This document shows, in pieces, positions 10,701-21,969 of a stretch of 64,000 nucleotides of DNA (positions within the stretch are counted from its first letter, which is position 1; every line of letters begins with the position of its first letter). The notes beneath the pieces are model-generated. The model saw nothing but the letters and a program-made list of their open reading frames with translations, was not told the origin of the DNA and did not search any database. Source of the stretch: Candidatus Latescibacterota bacterium (lineage in GTDB: Bacteria; Latescibacterota; CBDEFO01); assembly GCA_965237525.1 (NCBI GenBank), contig CBDEFO010000008.1, positions 1,600,001 to 1,664,000 on the forward strand, written 5' to 3'. The position numbers and the translations under genes are program-made.

Positions 10701-11334
10701 TTAAAACACCTGAAAGATTTTGAGCAGTAGAATAATCACCAAAAGGATATTTCCTCCAACAAGTCCCATAAAGATTTTTGCTGTGTGATCATTTTGCTCT
10801 CTAACTTCGTTTAGAGAAATTTCAATATTTTTATACTTATTATCCGTTAAGGCTTCCAACTTCGTTTATCCGATGTCCTTAAACTTCTCATCCGTGAATG
10901 CTTCTAAATCAGTCTTGAGTTTATCCAGACTTGTGATCATTGTGCGCTCTCTAGACTTCGTTGAGAGATTTTTTCAACGTCACCCGTTATAGTCTTTGAA
11001 CTATTCGATCGATCTTGAGTTTATCCAGACTTTCTCTTGTATCTTCTAGATTCTTGAAGATTTTTTCAACGTCACCCTTTATAGTCTTTGAATATTCGAT
11101 GATTTTGGATAAGTCGCCTTGAATATCGTAATCACCTATCCTCTCAACAATCTGGGACCCTGCTTTGACAAACTCACCTGTTCTGGATATGATTTCCGAA
11201 CTTGTATCAATCACAGCATCAATTTTTGTTTGTGCTGAGTCCATTATATCTGCGGCGGATTTCATTCTTCCTAATTCTGTAGCAATGCTCTTTATTGTTT
11301 CTTCAGCTTCTAATACTTTATCAATGTCTGCCAT
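10701..11334 (-). pseudogene. Coiled-coil protein with C-terminal TM anchor, disrupted by a 100-bp mosaic duplication and an in-frame TAA
   Basis: Removing 10933-11032 continues SLDKLK into TDLEAFTDEKFKDIG*TKLEALTDNK...IFMGLVGGNILLVIILLLKIFQVF* (stop 10701). Start overlaps the RecQ stop. Confidence 0.6.
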
Positions 11335-14300
11335 TGATTCGCCTCCTATTATATAGACTTTGATAGAATTCTGTTGCTGTAGTTGCCTTTAATGAATCAG
11401 CTGTGAGTAGAGTGAACATCATTACTAAGGTTAGTTTGTCATCAATCTGTTGATTTGTTCTTAAATATGTTCTAACAAAGTCAAGCTCACCGATTTTTCT
11501 CAGAATTATTTCTAAAACGGTTTTAACTATTCCTGACCTATATTGCTGAAGTTTATCCATAAGGATAATAAGGACTTCTACGCTCTCTGGTAGATCTTCA
11601 TATTGATCACGAATGTGATCTATCAGTGTTAGACATTCCTGATACACACTCTTGTCACTTTCATCACTTTGTGACCTAGCACAGCAGGAAAGGAACCTTA
11701 GTGCAAGATTGGAGGGATCTTCATCCAACATACGTCGTGTTGTTCCTACTAATCGCTTGGCTTGTTCTAGATCTTCTACTTGGCTGAGAATATTCTCTAT
11801 TGTGTCGAATCCTATGTTAGAAAATGGTTGATTAATCCAGGTGCGCAATATTGATGTGAACTCGGATTCTTGTAGATAAACCAGAATGCTATCGCGGAAT
11901 TGTTGGTCAGATTCAAAATCTCGACAGATTTCCGCCATCGTTCTAAGTGCTTGCTTGCGTTTCTCGGCAATTTCATCATAAACGAAATCTATCAATCGAT
12001 CTAAACAAATTTCTAGAGTTTGAGAGATGTTGTCAGTTGGAATCTCTGATGTATTCCGTTCTGAAAATTCTTTGAACTTATATTGCAAAAAGTAATCTTT
12101 AAGTTTTTCCCTTATGGATTTAGGTTCAATTTTTTTGGCCCTTACTTCAAGTAGTAGCGAATCGACTGAATATTCCTCTACGACACCAAGAAGAACCAGA
12201 CGGAAGATGGCCTTTTCCGTTTTCTTCTTGATAGAATCTTGTTCACAGCGAATAGTAACCGTGTTAGTTGCATTGACAGGCATTTCACTGACTTTAGGAT
12301 AGAGCATATCTGACCATATTTGAAAAGTATTTTGTTTTTCCTCATGACGATCCTGGTATGTATTGTATAATAGCCACAACGCCACTAACAGGTCGCCTTT
12401 ATCTTGCCGCGGAACCGCGTTAAGACGGTTCCTTGCCCGTGTATGATCTCTTTCTCGGATTATTTCATTAGCTATATCCCAGTTGTTGTCACTGTAAATC
12501 ACATAACAATGTGCTGATTGTGGGATACCATCCCTTCCCGCTCTTCCAGCTTCTTGATAAAATGCTTCTACAGACTGGGGAATATTGTAGTGAATTGTAT
12601 AACGAATATTAGGTTTATCAATACCCATCCCAAATGCATTGGTGGCTACAAGTTCTTGGATTCGATTGTATTTGAACTCCTTTTGAACGCGATTCTTATG
12701 CTCGCCCCACTCATCGTGACCAAATTTCGCGAGTTTTGGGTTTTTTCCTGAATAATAGTTTGTATGACCTAAAATGCTTGCAGTTTGTACAACACCAAGT
12801 CGACCCCCAGCGTGAGGACAAAAGATAATTCCAGAATTCGTGCTTTCGCCTCTGCATTGGAAAAAGGTTTGACGATTTCTAAGGAAATCGTCCGGCATTC
12901 TTCTCTTGATTATTTTGAGTCTGGTTTCTTTCTCCTTACTATCTACAGTCTCAACGTGGAAAACCAATTCTTGTCTATCAAAAGACCGTGGTAGTATTAT
13001 AGCTTCTTCGTCCTCAACCTTCAATTGCCTCTGTACATCCGTCAGCACTGCAAATGATGCCGTGCCCGTAAGTCCTACAAGTGTTGGGGAAAACCCATTT
13101 GGGGTCGTACAATATTTTTCAATATTTCTTCCCAAGTGTAGGTAAGATGTTCTAAAAGCGTGTCCCCATTCAGAAACGCAATGAACTTCACCAATGACCG
13201 CTAGTGATATTGGATACTGAGCGACTAAAGCTTGCAATCGCTTTCTGAATTCGTCCATTTGAAGTCTTTCTGGGGATACAAATACATAATAGTAATCACC
13301 ATTCTCAACTTTATCTAGTCCTATGTCTCGTTGATTAGGTTCGAGAGTGCTGGATATGAAACCGGCGCGATCAAATCCCATCAGGTTTAGGTTCTCCACT
13401 TGGTCGGTCATCAATGAAACAAGTGGATCAACGACAAGAGTCACACCAGGCGTCAACAAACCTGCGAATTGAAAAGTAAGTGATTTACCACCGCCGGTCG
13501 GTAAGAGAACTATAGCTGGTTTGCCCTGAAGAAGTCTACAAATCACACGTGCCTGACCATCCCAAAAATGGTGTTTTCTGAATATAGTGTGGAGGAAATA
13601 AGTGAGTGCCTTGAATTCTTCTTCTGGTACATTAGTTTCTTCATCTTGTGTTTGTTTAATCAGGGCTTCTTCTAAGCCTTCAAGATCAAATGTTAGCGGC
13701 GGTGACGAAAGCAGTTGGCGATATTCTCTCTGTATTGGCGCTGTTCTTATTCTGAAATATTGGTTTGCTTCGAAGCTACCTCCTAGTCTTTTCTCCAAGA
13801 GACCTTCTTGATTTGTAAAGAGGCCGAAGCTGTGTGAAATACAAAGATCATATTTATCATCGGGTGTCTTTTTTTGAGTGAGTTTTAGTTTAGAAGACTT
13901 TGGTAGAGGACATATTGGCTCACTACCTAATGTAATGTATATTCAGGCTAGGCGGTTCAGGAAGTTTGTGACAAATAGAATTCAAGTTGTCCCATAACTC
14001 ATATAATTGGTGTATAGCTTCAGAAACGGTTGCAACGTCTTCCTCAATAACAAGAACTTTTGCCTCACCATTTAAGGGGAACTGTCCAGACCGTATTGAT
14101 TGAATAATAGCTCTTAAAGTGCGGTGGACTATATGAGGATAAACGACCATGAGGAATGGAATAGAGTCCATTCTTTCTTCTAGATAAACACCATCCATTT
14201 CTCCAATTAAGTCTGAAGTGTTGTTGATCCAGGCCGTACGTTCTTCTATCCAACCTCCTGATTCACTTCTGATTTCTTCTGATGGAATTCTCAATACTTT

Positions 14301-15038
14301 CCATCCAGCTTTGTTAAGAATTTCATCTCTAACCTTGTCATGTTGTTGTATAGAAGCGTCGGATCTATGATCTTCCCCATCAATTTCTATTATAATTTTT
14401 CGGTTCTTCAGAAATAAAGAAAAATCAACTCGCTTACCTACTATCTCATTTCGGTCATATCCAATGAGATCACTAATTAGGGTTTGTCTGTGAAGGTTAC
14501 ACTGGATACCGTGCGAGATTTTCTCACCAACCAGTCTATAGAACTGGTCTTCTTCTTCGCTTGTGAGATCCTTCAATTCAAAGGGCAACTCTTCATTTTG
14601 TTTGTGTGTTTCAAGATCTGGACTGTAACTAATGTAGAAACAGGATTCTGCCTCTTGAATCATATCTTCGGCGCGGATCCTTGGCGGAACTCTCTTGATC
14701 CCTTTACCGACTAAACGACTATTTGTAGTCTCTTGTAAATCCGAAAACTCAAATTCACTTAACGCTTCTAGTTCAAGAAGTCTATCTTCGAATACTTTAT
14801 CACATATTGTCGGATTCCCACGTGCTACTATTTTATCCAAAACCGCTGTCAATGCACGTATCATTTCATTTTCTGTTTCATAAGGTTCTACACCTGGAAA
14901 CTCAATACTTGCTTTCGAATATCGCATCAGTAGCGGATCAAGTTTCGTAATAAAGGGTTCTTTAAGGTTTTTAAACCTATCGGGGGGTGTATCCCAGATG
15001 AAAAGTCTTGCTGACGCTGAAAGATTGATATAATTCAT
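11321..15038 (-). pseudogene. Large DUF559/Vsr-like nuclease-RecQ helicase fusion (~1240 aa), frameshifted near 13927
   Basis: N-part RVDF...IEIDGEDH...D..RD..L...GWKVLRI. C-part LPTGGGKSLTFQ, SPERL, (D>G)EVHCVSEWGH, LTGTAS, ATNAFGMGIDK, YQEAGRAGRDG. Removing one base joins the frames without a stop. Confidence 0.85.
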
Positions 15039-15137
15039 CAGGATGTCTTTCTATCTCTGACTCTCATGTGCTCTGTAGCCGGGAGCTTAAAGCCTTCTTT
15101 GACCTCGAATATCTGCATAAAAACCTCCGATCTCCTC

Positions 15138-15911
15138 TCAAAGGGCAGACCAGCCGCCGTCTATAAAGAGAGTTTGACCCGTTATAAAGCTCGCTGCGTC
15201 CGAGGATAAAAAGACTGCGGCTCCTGCTATCTCCTCTGGCTTTGCCAAACGCCCCAGCGGTGTCTTGTCTATCAGTTCCTTGTACAGCCCAGGATTTTTC
15301 CTAAACCCTTCAGTCATATCCGTTTCGACATAACCCGGAGCTATTGCATTTACCCTGATATTGTGTTTTGCCCATTCTACAGCCAGGACTTTGGTAAGCT
15401 GAGATATGCCTCCCTTGCTGGAACAGTAAGCCGCAAGTCTGGGCAGCGCAACGTGCGCCCCGACTGAGGTGATATTGACGATAGAACCAAACTCTTGTTC
15501 GATCATCTGCTTTCCCACAATCCGACTGCACAAAAAGACGCCCTTGAGATTGACAGACAAAATGTGATCCCATTCCTCCTCTTCTACATTTTCTGTCCTT
15601 GTGTATATCGGACTTATTCCGGCGTTGTTCACAAGGATGTCTATCTTCCCGAGGGAGTGGAGCGTTTTTCCTACAGCGTCCTCCAGATCTTCGGCGGAAC
15701 TTACGTCACACATAAGCGGCAATGTCCTACGCCCTTTTTTTGCTATCTTTCTTGCGGTTTCTGCAATTTGCGATGTCCTGCTTAGAACAGCTACGTCAGC
15801 TCCCGCCTCGGCAAGAGAGGTAGCTATGGCTCTGCCTATCCCTCTGCTTGCTCCTGTTACAAGGGCGACTTTTTCCGACAGGTTGAACAAAGATTCAGCG
15901 GTATTCTTCAA
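15138..15911 (-). CDS. SDR family NAD(P)-dependent oxidoreductase
   Basis: TGASRGIG, NNAG, YCSSK, NAIAPG, DGG. Confidence 0.95.
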   Translation of the reverse strand: MKNTAESLFNLSEKVALVTGASRGIGRAIATSLAEAGADVAVLSRTSQIAETARKIAKKGRRTLPLMCDVSSAEDLEDAVGKTLHSLGKIDILVNNAGISPIYTRTENVEEEEWDHILSVNLKGVFLCSRIVGKQMIEQEFGSIVNITSVGAHVALPRLAAYCSSKGGISQLTKVLAVEWAKHNIRVNAIAPGYVETDMTEGFRKNPGLYKELIDKTPLGRLAKPEEIAGAAVFLSSDAASFITGQTLFIDGGWSAL

Positions 15912-16130
15912 GTTTGACTCCTCTTAAAGATCAGGGAATCGAAAGCATAAGCTCGTAGGTGAGGGGCGACCCCGGCAGTTGCATAGGTCTTGGCTAAAGA
16001 TAATAAGAAATACAGCGGCGGTCAACAGTTATGTCGGTAGAAACAATTCAGCCCCGGACCGCTCAAGTTCCGGGCTTTCTTCTTTCCCCAAAAAGTTTCT
16101 TGTTACTTTTTGGGCTTATGATTTGAAGCG

Positions 16131-16892
16131 TTACTTTTGCTGTCGCTCTATGCGCTTTATCTGGTCTCTGATGAGGGCGGCTTTCTCAAACTTCTCCTCT
16201 TGTACGGCTTGCTGCAGTTCCCTCTCTAGTTGTTTCCTTGCACTGACAGGCTTGTTGGACAGGATGTCCTCCCGCCAGCTTTCCAGGAACTTTATCTCCT
16301 GACTGTCGTCTATTTGGTTGTCTCTGCCGTAGCTTTTGAAGAAATTTTCTATCTCTTTGATTCCATCTTCAATATGCTCTATTGCTCTGTCGAAATATCC
16401 CTTCTTAAGGCATATCAGTACGTCTGCTCTTATCCTGTGGCTTGTGACAAAAGGTCTGTAGTTTTCAAGGATAAGTCTGTACTCGTCGCTTTCGGCGTAG
16501 TCTCTCACAAAATCGAAGACCCTCAAATTTCGCTCGGCGTCTCTTTTTGCATTGTTGTATTCCTTTAGCTCAAAGAAACTGATCCTCCTTATGTAGTACT
16601 GCAAAGCTTCTGTCTCCAGGTGCACGAAGGCCCCCTCATCTAATTTAAATCCCTCGTCAGTTCCTTGCTCTTTTTTATGTTCCTCAAGCAAATATAGATA
16701 GTAATCGAAGAAGGACTCTTTGCCATGTGGCCGCCTGCCGTCCGGTCTTCCGTCTATCTGCATCTGCCAGATCCCCATGTCCACCCTGCGCTGAATTTTC
16801 TCCCGACCGTCGAAGTCTATTATCTTCCTGACGCACAGCTTTTGGGGATCAAATTCCCATCCTTGCATTATGGGAGTTATATCCTTGCTCAT
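16131..16892 (-). CDS. UvrB/UvrC (UVR) motif-containing protein
   Basis: C-terminal LERELQQAVQEEKFEKAALIRDQI; N-terminal GRPDGxRPHG. Confidence 0.8.
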   Translation of the reverse strand: MSKDITPIMQGWEFDPQKLCVRKIIDFDGREKIQRRVDMGIWQMQIDGRPDGRRPHGKESFFDYYLYLLEEHKKEQGTDEGFKLDEGAFVHLETEALQYYIRRISFFELKEYNNAKRDAERNLRVFDFVRDYAESDEYRLILENYRPFVTSHRIRADVLICLKKGYFDRAIEHIEDGIKEIENFFKSYGRDNQIDDSQEIKFLESWREDILSNKPVSARKQLERELQQAVQEEKFEKAALIRDQIKRIERQQK

Positions 16893-16937
16893 CTATTGCC
16901 CGTTGTTGTTGAAGACGCATTACGCATTATGACTTCC

Positions 16938-17180
16938 TTAATCGGTTGTCTCCATCAAGCCCATAGAAAGAAGCTCCTGTTCGAGTTGGGATACGCCTTC
17001 CTTGATCTGCGGAAGGATATCTGGCGCGAAGGTTACTCCTTTCTTTGTGGGTTTGAATTCTCCATCGTCATCCTGGTAATAAACGCGAATATCTCCATAG
17101 GTTTTCCCTCTGAACTCCACAATCGAAACCCTGATCTTCTCAGCAGAATTCTTGGAGAACTCCCGGACAGTCTTACCCAT
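16938..17180 (-). CDS. PC4/p15-family ssDNA-binding protein
   Basis: IRVSIVEFRGKTYGDIRVYY...KPTKKGVT signature. Confidence 0.88.
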   Translation of the reverse strand: MGKTVREFSKNSAEKIRVSIVEFRGKTYGDIRVYYQDDDGEFKPTKKGVTFAPDILPQIKEGVSQLEQELLSMGLMETTD

Positions 17181-17198
17181 ATAGATCCCATCTCCTTA

Positions 17199-17886
17199 TT
17201 AAGTGAACAGCAGATAGATAGTGTGCCTGAAGACTACAAGAGAGCTCCTTGTCTCGAGCTCGAGTTTGATATTATACCTCCAGATACATTCCATTCTCCC
17301 TCTTATCACTTCTCCTCCCCTGAGTAGTAGACGTACAGGCAATCCTGATCTCTTATGATGATCAAGGTCGCTTTCGTTGATGGAGTACATCTTTTCTGTT
17401 TCCTCCAGGGGACCCAAGTTCTGAGCTTTCACCACGTGATCTATCAAAGTTGCCTGCTTGACTTGATTCCTGTCCCTTGCCCTGTAGCAGTACTTTATAT
17501 CTTGTCTTTGGATCATGGATTTTTCCCCAGATACGTCTATTCCAAATTCATTAAGGAATCCCTACCTCTGTAATTATGCCCATTGCTGATCTCTCGTACA
17601 GCTCAAAGACCATGGGGATGCTTTTCTTCTCGGCTCTGAGAAAATATGACAGAGCCGGGCCCTCGTCCTGCTGGCGTATTTCCCAAAGCTTGCTCTTCGG
17701 GCTCTTCTTCTGCAGCTTGGGGTGACCTGAAACCCTTACATTCTCATCAGATTCGTCTCGTTGTGATAGTCTCGCAACGAGAATATCTAACTTCTCCTTC
17801 GTCATTCCCGACATCCAGTAGCCCAGCACCTTGTCATAGTGTTCTCCGTACAGCTCCTTGAGTTCCTTTTGAGTCCTTATCAACAT
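17199..17886 (-). pseudogene. Putative tandem Hfq/Sm-like domain protein, frameshifted near 17560
   Basis: C-terminal PVRLLLRGGEVIRGRMECIWRYNIKLE...VVFRHTI resembles Hfq Sm1/Sm2; ORFs 17551-17928 and 17199-17516 join on removing one base. Confidence 0.55.
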
Positions 17887-17974
17887 AGATAGCCCTTTCC
17901 CAAAGCTAGCGGCGCGACGATCTAACAAGAAAAGACAGGGACACTGCCTCTTCTGTCTGCTTATTTTGGAGAGC

Positions 17975-18172
17975 TTACTTTCCCTTGCGTTGCGGTGAAA
18001 CGTAGGAACTGACTTCCTTTTTGTACCTTCTCACCTCATCTATCAAGGCGCGTCCTTGACGGGTTCTGGCTAAGGCCTCTTCGATTCCAGTTATCCCCTG
18101 ATCGGTTTTTTGTCTTTCCCTGTTTTTAGAGTTGCTAGACCTGTTTCCGCGCCTCTTCCCTCTCCTCTTCAT
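17975..18172 (-). CDS. Small basic hypothetical protein
   Basis: GGAGG upstream, first gene after a predicted promoter, very K/R-rich. Confidence 0.5.
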   Translation of the reverse strand: MKRRGKRRGNRSSNSKNRERQKTDQGITGIEEALARTRQGRALIDEVRRYKKEVSSYVSPQRKGK

Positions 18173-18238
18173 ATGAACGGAGCGCCTCCATATAAAAACC
18201 TAAAATAAACCTGATTGTACAACTGTGTCCTTGACAAA

Positions 18239-18267
18239 AATTTAGTAAACTTCTATCTCTAAGTCAA
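18239..18267 (-). promoter_or_regulatory. Sigma-70 promoter of the 18172-16131 operon
   Basis: TTGACT-17bp-TAAATT. Confidence 0.5.
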
Positions 18268-18339
18268 GTACAAATCGCTTGCTCCTTGTCAAAATGCGTA
18301 GTGCTTCCCACAATATCGACAATAATTAGGCAACCTGGG

Positions 18340-18900
18340 ATAGTAGATAAAATCTATCTGGCTACTCTTGTGGGGTCTTGCATCTCTGGGATGAATGCAG
18401 ACGTTTCTTGTTATGGTACTCAATCCATTGGGATATGATCTGTTCGACCTGTTAGAAGGAATAAGAATTGTGAAGCCAATCCCCGATGAATTCAATCGGG
18501 GACACTCTTTCTTGAGGGTCCTGAAAAAACGTTCTTCAAAACCGTTTTTACCACCGGTTGCCTCTATCGGAGGATTTCCGACTGGAATGTATTCCGGACG
18601 AATCCCCAAACTTGGTTGCTTGCCAAATAGGCTTCAGCCAAAAAGGTCGAACCCTTATCAGAACGAAAAGTCAGAGCTTGAGGTACTGCTTCTGTGGAAG
18701 CGTATTCCCGATTGATTCTATCGGGCACTAACCTCTCGCTCATCTGCAGGCTTGCGACCACGTCCAGACTTCACATGCTCCTGTCCCACTTGTGTAGTAC
18801 TATCACACCAAAGCATACATCTGCAACGGGCTGCTACCATTCTGGCTACATATTTCCGATAGATTCGCTTTTCTCAAGAACCTAACTTGACCTATACCTT
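18340..18900 (-). mobile_element. Degraded IS3-like integrase-core (rve) transposase remnant
   Basis: LTFRSDKGSTF, GIRPEYIPVGNP...NGFEERFFRTLKKEC and WIEYHNKKRLHSS fragments across broken frames. Confidence 0.75.
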
Positions 18901-19039
18901 ATGACTGGCTGCCCAACGCTAACTATCTTTCATTCCGGGGCTTGACATCTGTTTAACTTGCTTTGCTCAGACCCTAACCTGAAAAAGATCTGTAGCTTTG
19001 TTACGGGGCTGGCGTAAACGCCTGCTATTTCTCAATCAT

Positions 19040-19075
19040 AAAAAAGCCCCATCAACCCTTTGGGTTATGAGGCCT
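19040..19075 (-). terminator. Probable intrinsic terminator
   Basis: Hairpin followed by a T-run on the minus strand just after the 19112 stop. Confidence 0.55.
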
Positions 19076-19111
19076 TATACTGTCGTCCTTGCGATTGACT
19101 GTCCTCAACGG

Positions 19112-20104
19112 TTATCTGATCAGGATCATCTTTCTGGTCTTAACAAAGTCCCCTGCCTCGATGCGATAGAGGTAAAGTCCGCTTGCCATGTCCTTCCCCT
19201 GATCGTCTTTGCTGTCCCAGACTACAGAATACCTTCCTGCTTTCTGATTCTCATTCACCAGTGTCCTGATCTTCTGCCCTAAAGTGTTAAATACATCTAG
19301 CCTTGCTCTTCCTGCTTCCCGTATTTCGTATCTTATAGTTGTATAAGGGTTAAACGGATTCGGATAGCTCTGAGCCAGGCTGTATTCTTGAGGCGGCGGG
19401 GATATGTCCTCTTGCTCCACTATACTCAAGCGGTACATCCCCTCGTTCAACTGTGCCTCAAGCACCTCCAATCCTAAATCAAATAAATCTTGTGCCCTGA
19501 ACTGGATGCGCAGCACCTCTCCCTTACCCTCAGGAGCGACTGTTCCCGCAAACGCTATTTGGATCACATTGTCTGAAACGTTGCTGACTATCAGATATTC
19601 CTCAGTCATATTCGCCGTGGAGACCTGTATATTGTCCATCTGCCCCTTAAACAACAACTCCATGTACCCGGCCAAAACTCCGCTCATCTCGTCTATTAAG
19701 ATCGGGAGCGATAACATGTTTTGGGTTATGTATTCGGACCTCCCAACCGTTATAGTGCGCTCCTGGCTGCCGACTAGCTTGGGCACAGGACCGCCCTCCA
19801 CAGGGAATCTGGACCTTATCTCAACCACAAACTGAAGGATGAGGGTTGCGTCAAAAGCAGATACTGTGCCGTCACCCGACACATCAGCAGAGGTCAACTC
19901 CTCACCTGTCAACTGGATAATTCCAACTACATGCTGTAAAACCAAAGCCGCATCGAAAGCTGTTATAACACCGTTCTTGCTCACATCGCCGAAAAGAGGC
20001 CCTGGCTCAGGGGACGGAGACGGAGACGGAATCACTGCATATGCATCGACACAAAACATCAGTAACACGGCAACTGCCACACATGCTAACAATTTTACCA
20101 TCAT
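19112..20104 (-). CDS. Secreted dockerin + cohesin-like + FlgD-Ig (T9SS-like CTD) protein
   Basis: Signal peptide from ATG 20104, PSPSP linker, duplicated GDVSxNGxITAFDA / ADVSGDGTVSAFDA, cohesin-like middle, YPNPFNP...WDSKD..G...SGLYLY tail. Confidence 0.85.
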   Translation of the reverse strand: MMVKLLACVAVAVLLMFCVDAYAVIPSPSPSPEPGPLFGDVSKNGVITAFDAALVLQHVVGIIQLTGEELTSADVSGDGTVSAFDATLILQFVVEIRSRFPVEGGPVPKLVGSQERTITVGRSEYITQNMLSLPILIDEMSGVLAGYMELLFKGQMDNIQVSTANMTEEYLIVSNVSDNVIQIAFAGTVAPEGKGEVLRIQFRAQDLFDLGLEVLEAQLNEGMYRLSIVEQEDISPPPQEYSLAQSYPNPFNPYTTIRYEIREAGRARLDVFNTLGQKIRTLVNENQKAGRYSVVWDSKDDQGKDMASGLYLYRIEAGDFVKTRKMILIR

Positions 20105-20632
20105 ACCCCCCAAGCTTAAAAGGGTAACTCCTGTATGGATAGTCTGTTTACGACAAGCATTTGGTGAATTTAATATATTATCTGAAAAAGTCAATAGGAA
20201 ATTTAAATTATAGGTGAAAAAATTAGAATTTTATGCATTTCCGCATCATTTTGTGCATCTTTAGCCACCTTTTTGTCGCGAAGTTGCTCTCTCAGCAGAC
20301 GTTAGAAAACAGATCGCGTGACAGGGCCGCCAAAAGTAGTACTAATTTTTCAACAATAGTTGTCGTTTTTTGAACCAATGCTTGCAGGTCTTGGGCAATA
20401 TGTCCCGAGTCTACCGGCGCACATTCTTGTATATAATTTAACCAATCGTATAGACGATAGATGTGATGAATATCACCATATGGGAATTTTTTTTGTATAT
20501 CCTATAATCTTTAGATTTTAAGTTGCGCCGTCGGCATATATTTAATATATTTACTTATACTTAATTGAAAAGGCGTTTGTTTATCATCTCTCAGATAGAG
20601 AGGAATTCTTCAATTTTGTTCTTTTCTAGTTT

Positions 20633-21931
20633 ATGAGTAGAAATATCAAGATAGGCGTAATCGGAATGGGAAACGTAGGTGGAGGTGTAGTTGAACTCCT
20701 TGTAAAGGGACCATCGTCTCTTCTTGAAAGAAAACGCCTGAGCTTAGAACTTGTTAAGGTCGCTGTCAAAAGCCTATCCAAAAAAAGAGATATACAAGTT
20801 CCAGAGGATCTTTTGACAGAGGATGTTTCCCAGGTTGTGAATGATCCCACTATAGACATCGTCGCTGAGCTTATAGGGGGAATAGAGCCTGCGCGGAGCT
20901 TTATTCTCAAGGCGATAAGGAATGGCAAGAACGTCGTTACAGCCAATAAAGCTCTGCTTGCGGACTGTGGAGACGAACTCTTTGAAGCAGCTCTAAAAAA
21001 CGGTGTTGACCTCCTCTTCGAAGCCAGCGTAGGCGGCGGTATCCCTATCATCCGCTCTTTGAAAAATGGGCTTGTAGCTAACAATGTAAGCTCTATGTAT
21101 GGGATACTTAATGGGACCACTAACTACATCCTTACAAAGATGACAGATGAGGGAGGTGACTTTGAGGATGTGCTTGCCGAGGCCCAGAAGTTGGGCTACG
21201 CCGAATCTGATCCTACGATGGATGTGGACGGAACAGATGCCGCCCAGAAGCTTGCTGTTCTCTCCAGAATCGCCTTCGGATCGGCTCTCAAGACTAGGGA
21301 TGTGTTCAAAGAAGGCATACAGAAGATAAAGATACAGGACATCGAATATGCAAGGGAGCTGGGTTACACGGTAAAGCTTCTGGCAATCGCCAAAGGATCG
21401 AAGGACACAATAGAAGTTAGAGTTCATCCTGCTATGGTCCCATCAGGTAGTATCATGGCGCAGATCAAAGGGGTCTTCAACGCGGTAGAAGTCGTGGGAG
21501 ATGCCGTCGGAACGCAGGTCTTCTACGGGAGCGGAGCAGGCCGCATGCCCACAGCCAGCGCAGTTATCTCAGATATCGTGGAGCTTTCCCAAAGACTTAT
21601 AGATAGAGCAGATCCCAAAGTCCGGGAGATGACGGTGTGCGATGGACCCTCTGTGATCCCCATAGACGAAGTAGAAATCCCCTATTATTTCAGATTCTTG
21701 GTTGTCGATAGGCCAGGAGTTCTGGCGCAAATAGCTGCCGTCTTTTCCGATGAAAAGATAAGTATAGCTTCAGTTATACAGAAAGGCAGAGCTGAGTCCC
21801 AGGGAAACGTGCCGCTGGTTATTATGACCCACGAAGCTAAAGAAAAATTTGTATGCCGGGCTGTTGAGAGATTGAATACCTTGGATATTATCAAAGATCA
21901 AATACAGATTATAAGGGTGGAGGATCTTTAA
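20633..21931 (+). CDS. hom: Homoserine dehydrogenase with ACT domain
   Basis: [39 protein letters not shown]. Confidence 0.97.
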   Translation: MSRNIKIGVIGMGNVGGGVVELLVKGPSSLLERKRLSLELVKVAVKSLSKKRDIQVPEDLLTEDVSQVVNDPTIDIVAELIGGIEPARSFILKAIRNGKNVVTANKALLADCGDELFEAALKNGVDLLFEASVGGGIPIIRSLKNGLVANNVSSMYGILNGTTNYILTKMTDEGGDFEDVLAEAQKLGYAESDPTMDVDGTDAAQKLAVLSRIAFGSALKTRDVFKEGIQKIKIQDIEYARELGYTVKLLAIAKGSKDTIEVRVHPAMVPSGSIMAQIKGVFNAVEVVGDAVGTQVFYGSGAGRMPTASAVISDIVELSQRLIDRADPKVREMTVCDGPSVIPIDEVEIPYYFRFLVVDRPGVLAQIAAVFSDEKISIASVIQKGRAESQGNVPLVIMTHEAKEKFVCRAVERLNTLDIIKDQIQIIRVEDL

Positions 21932-21969
21932 ACAAAAGGACAAAGAGCGGATTTGATGGAGATGTCGAA

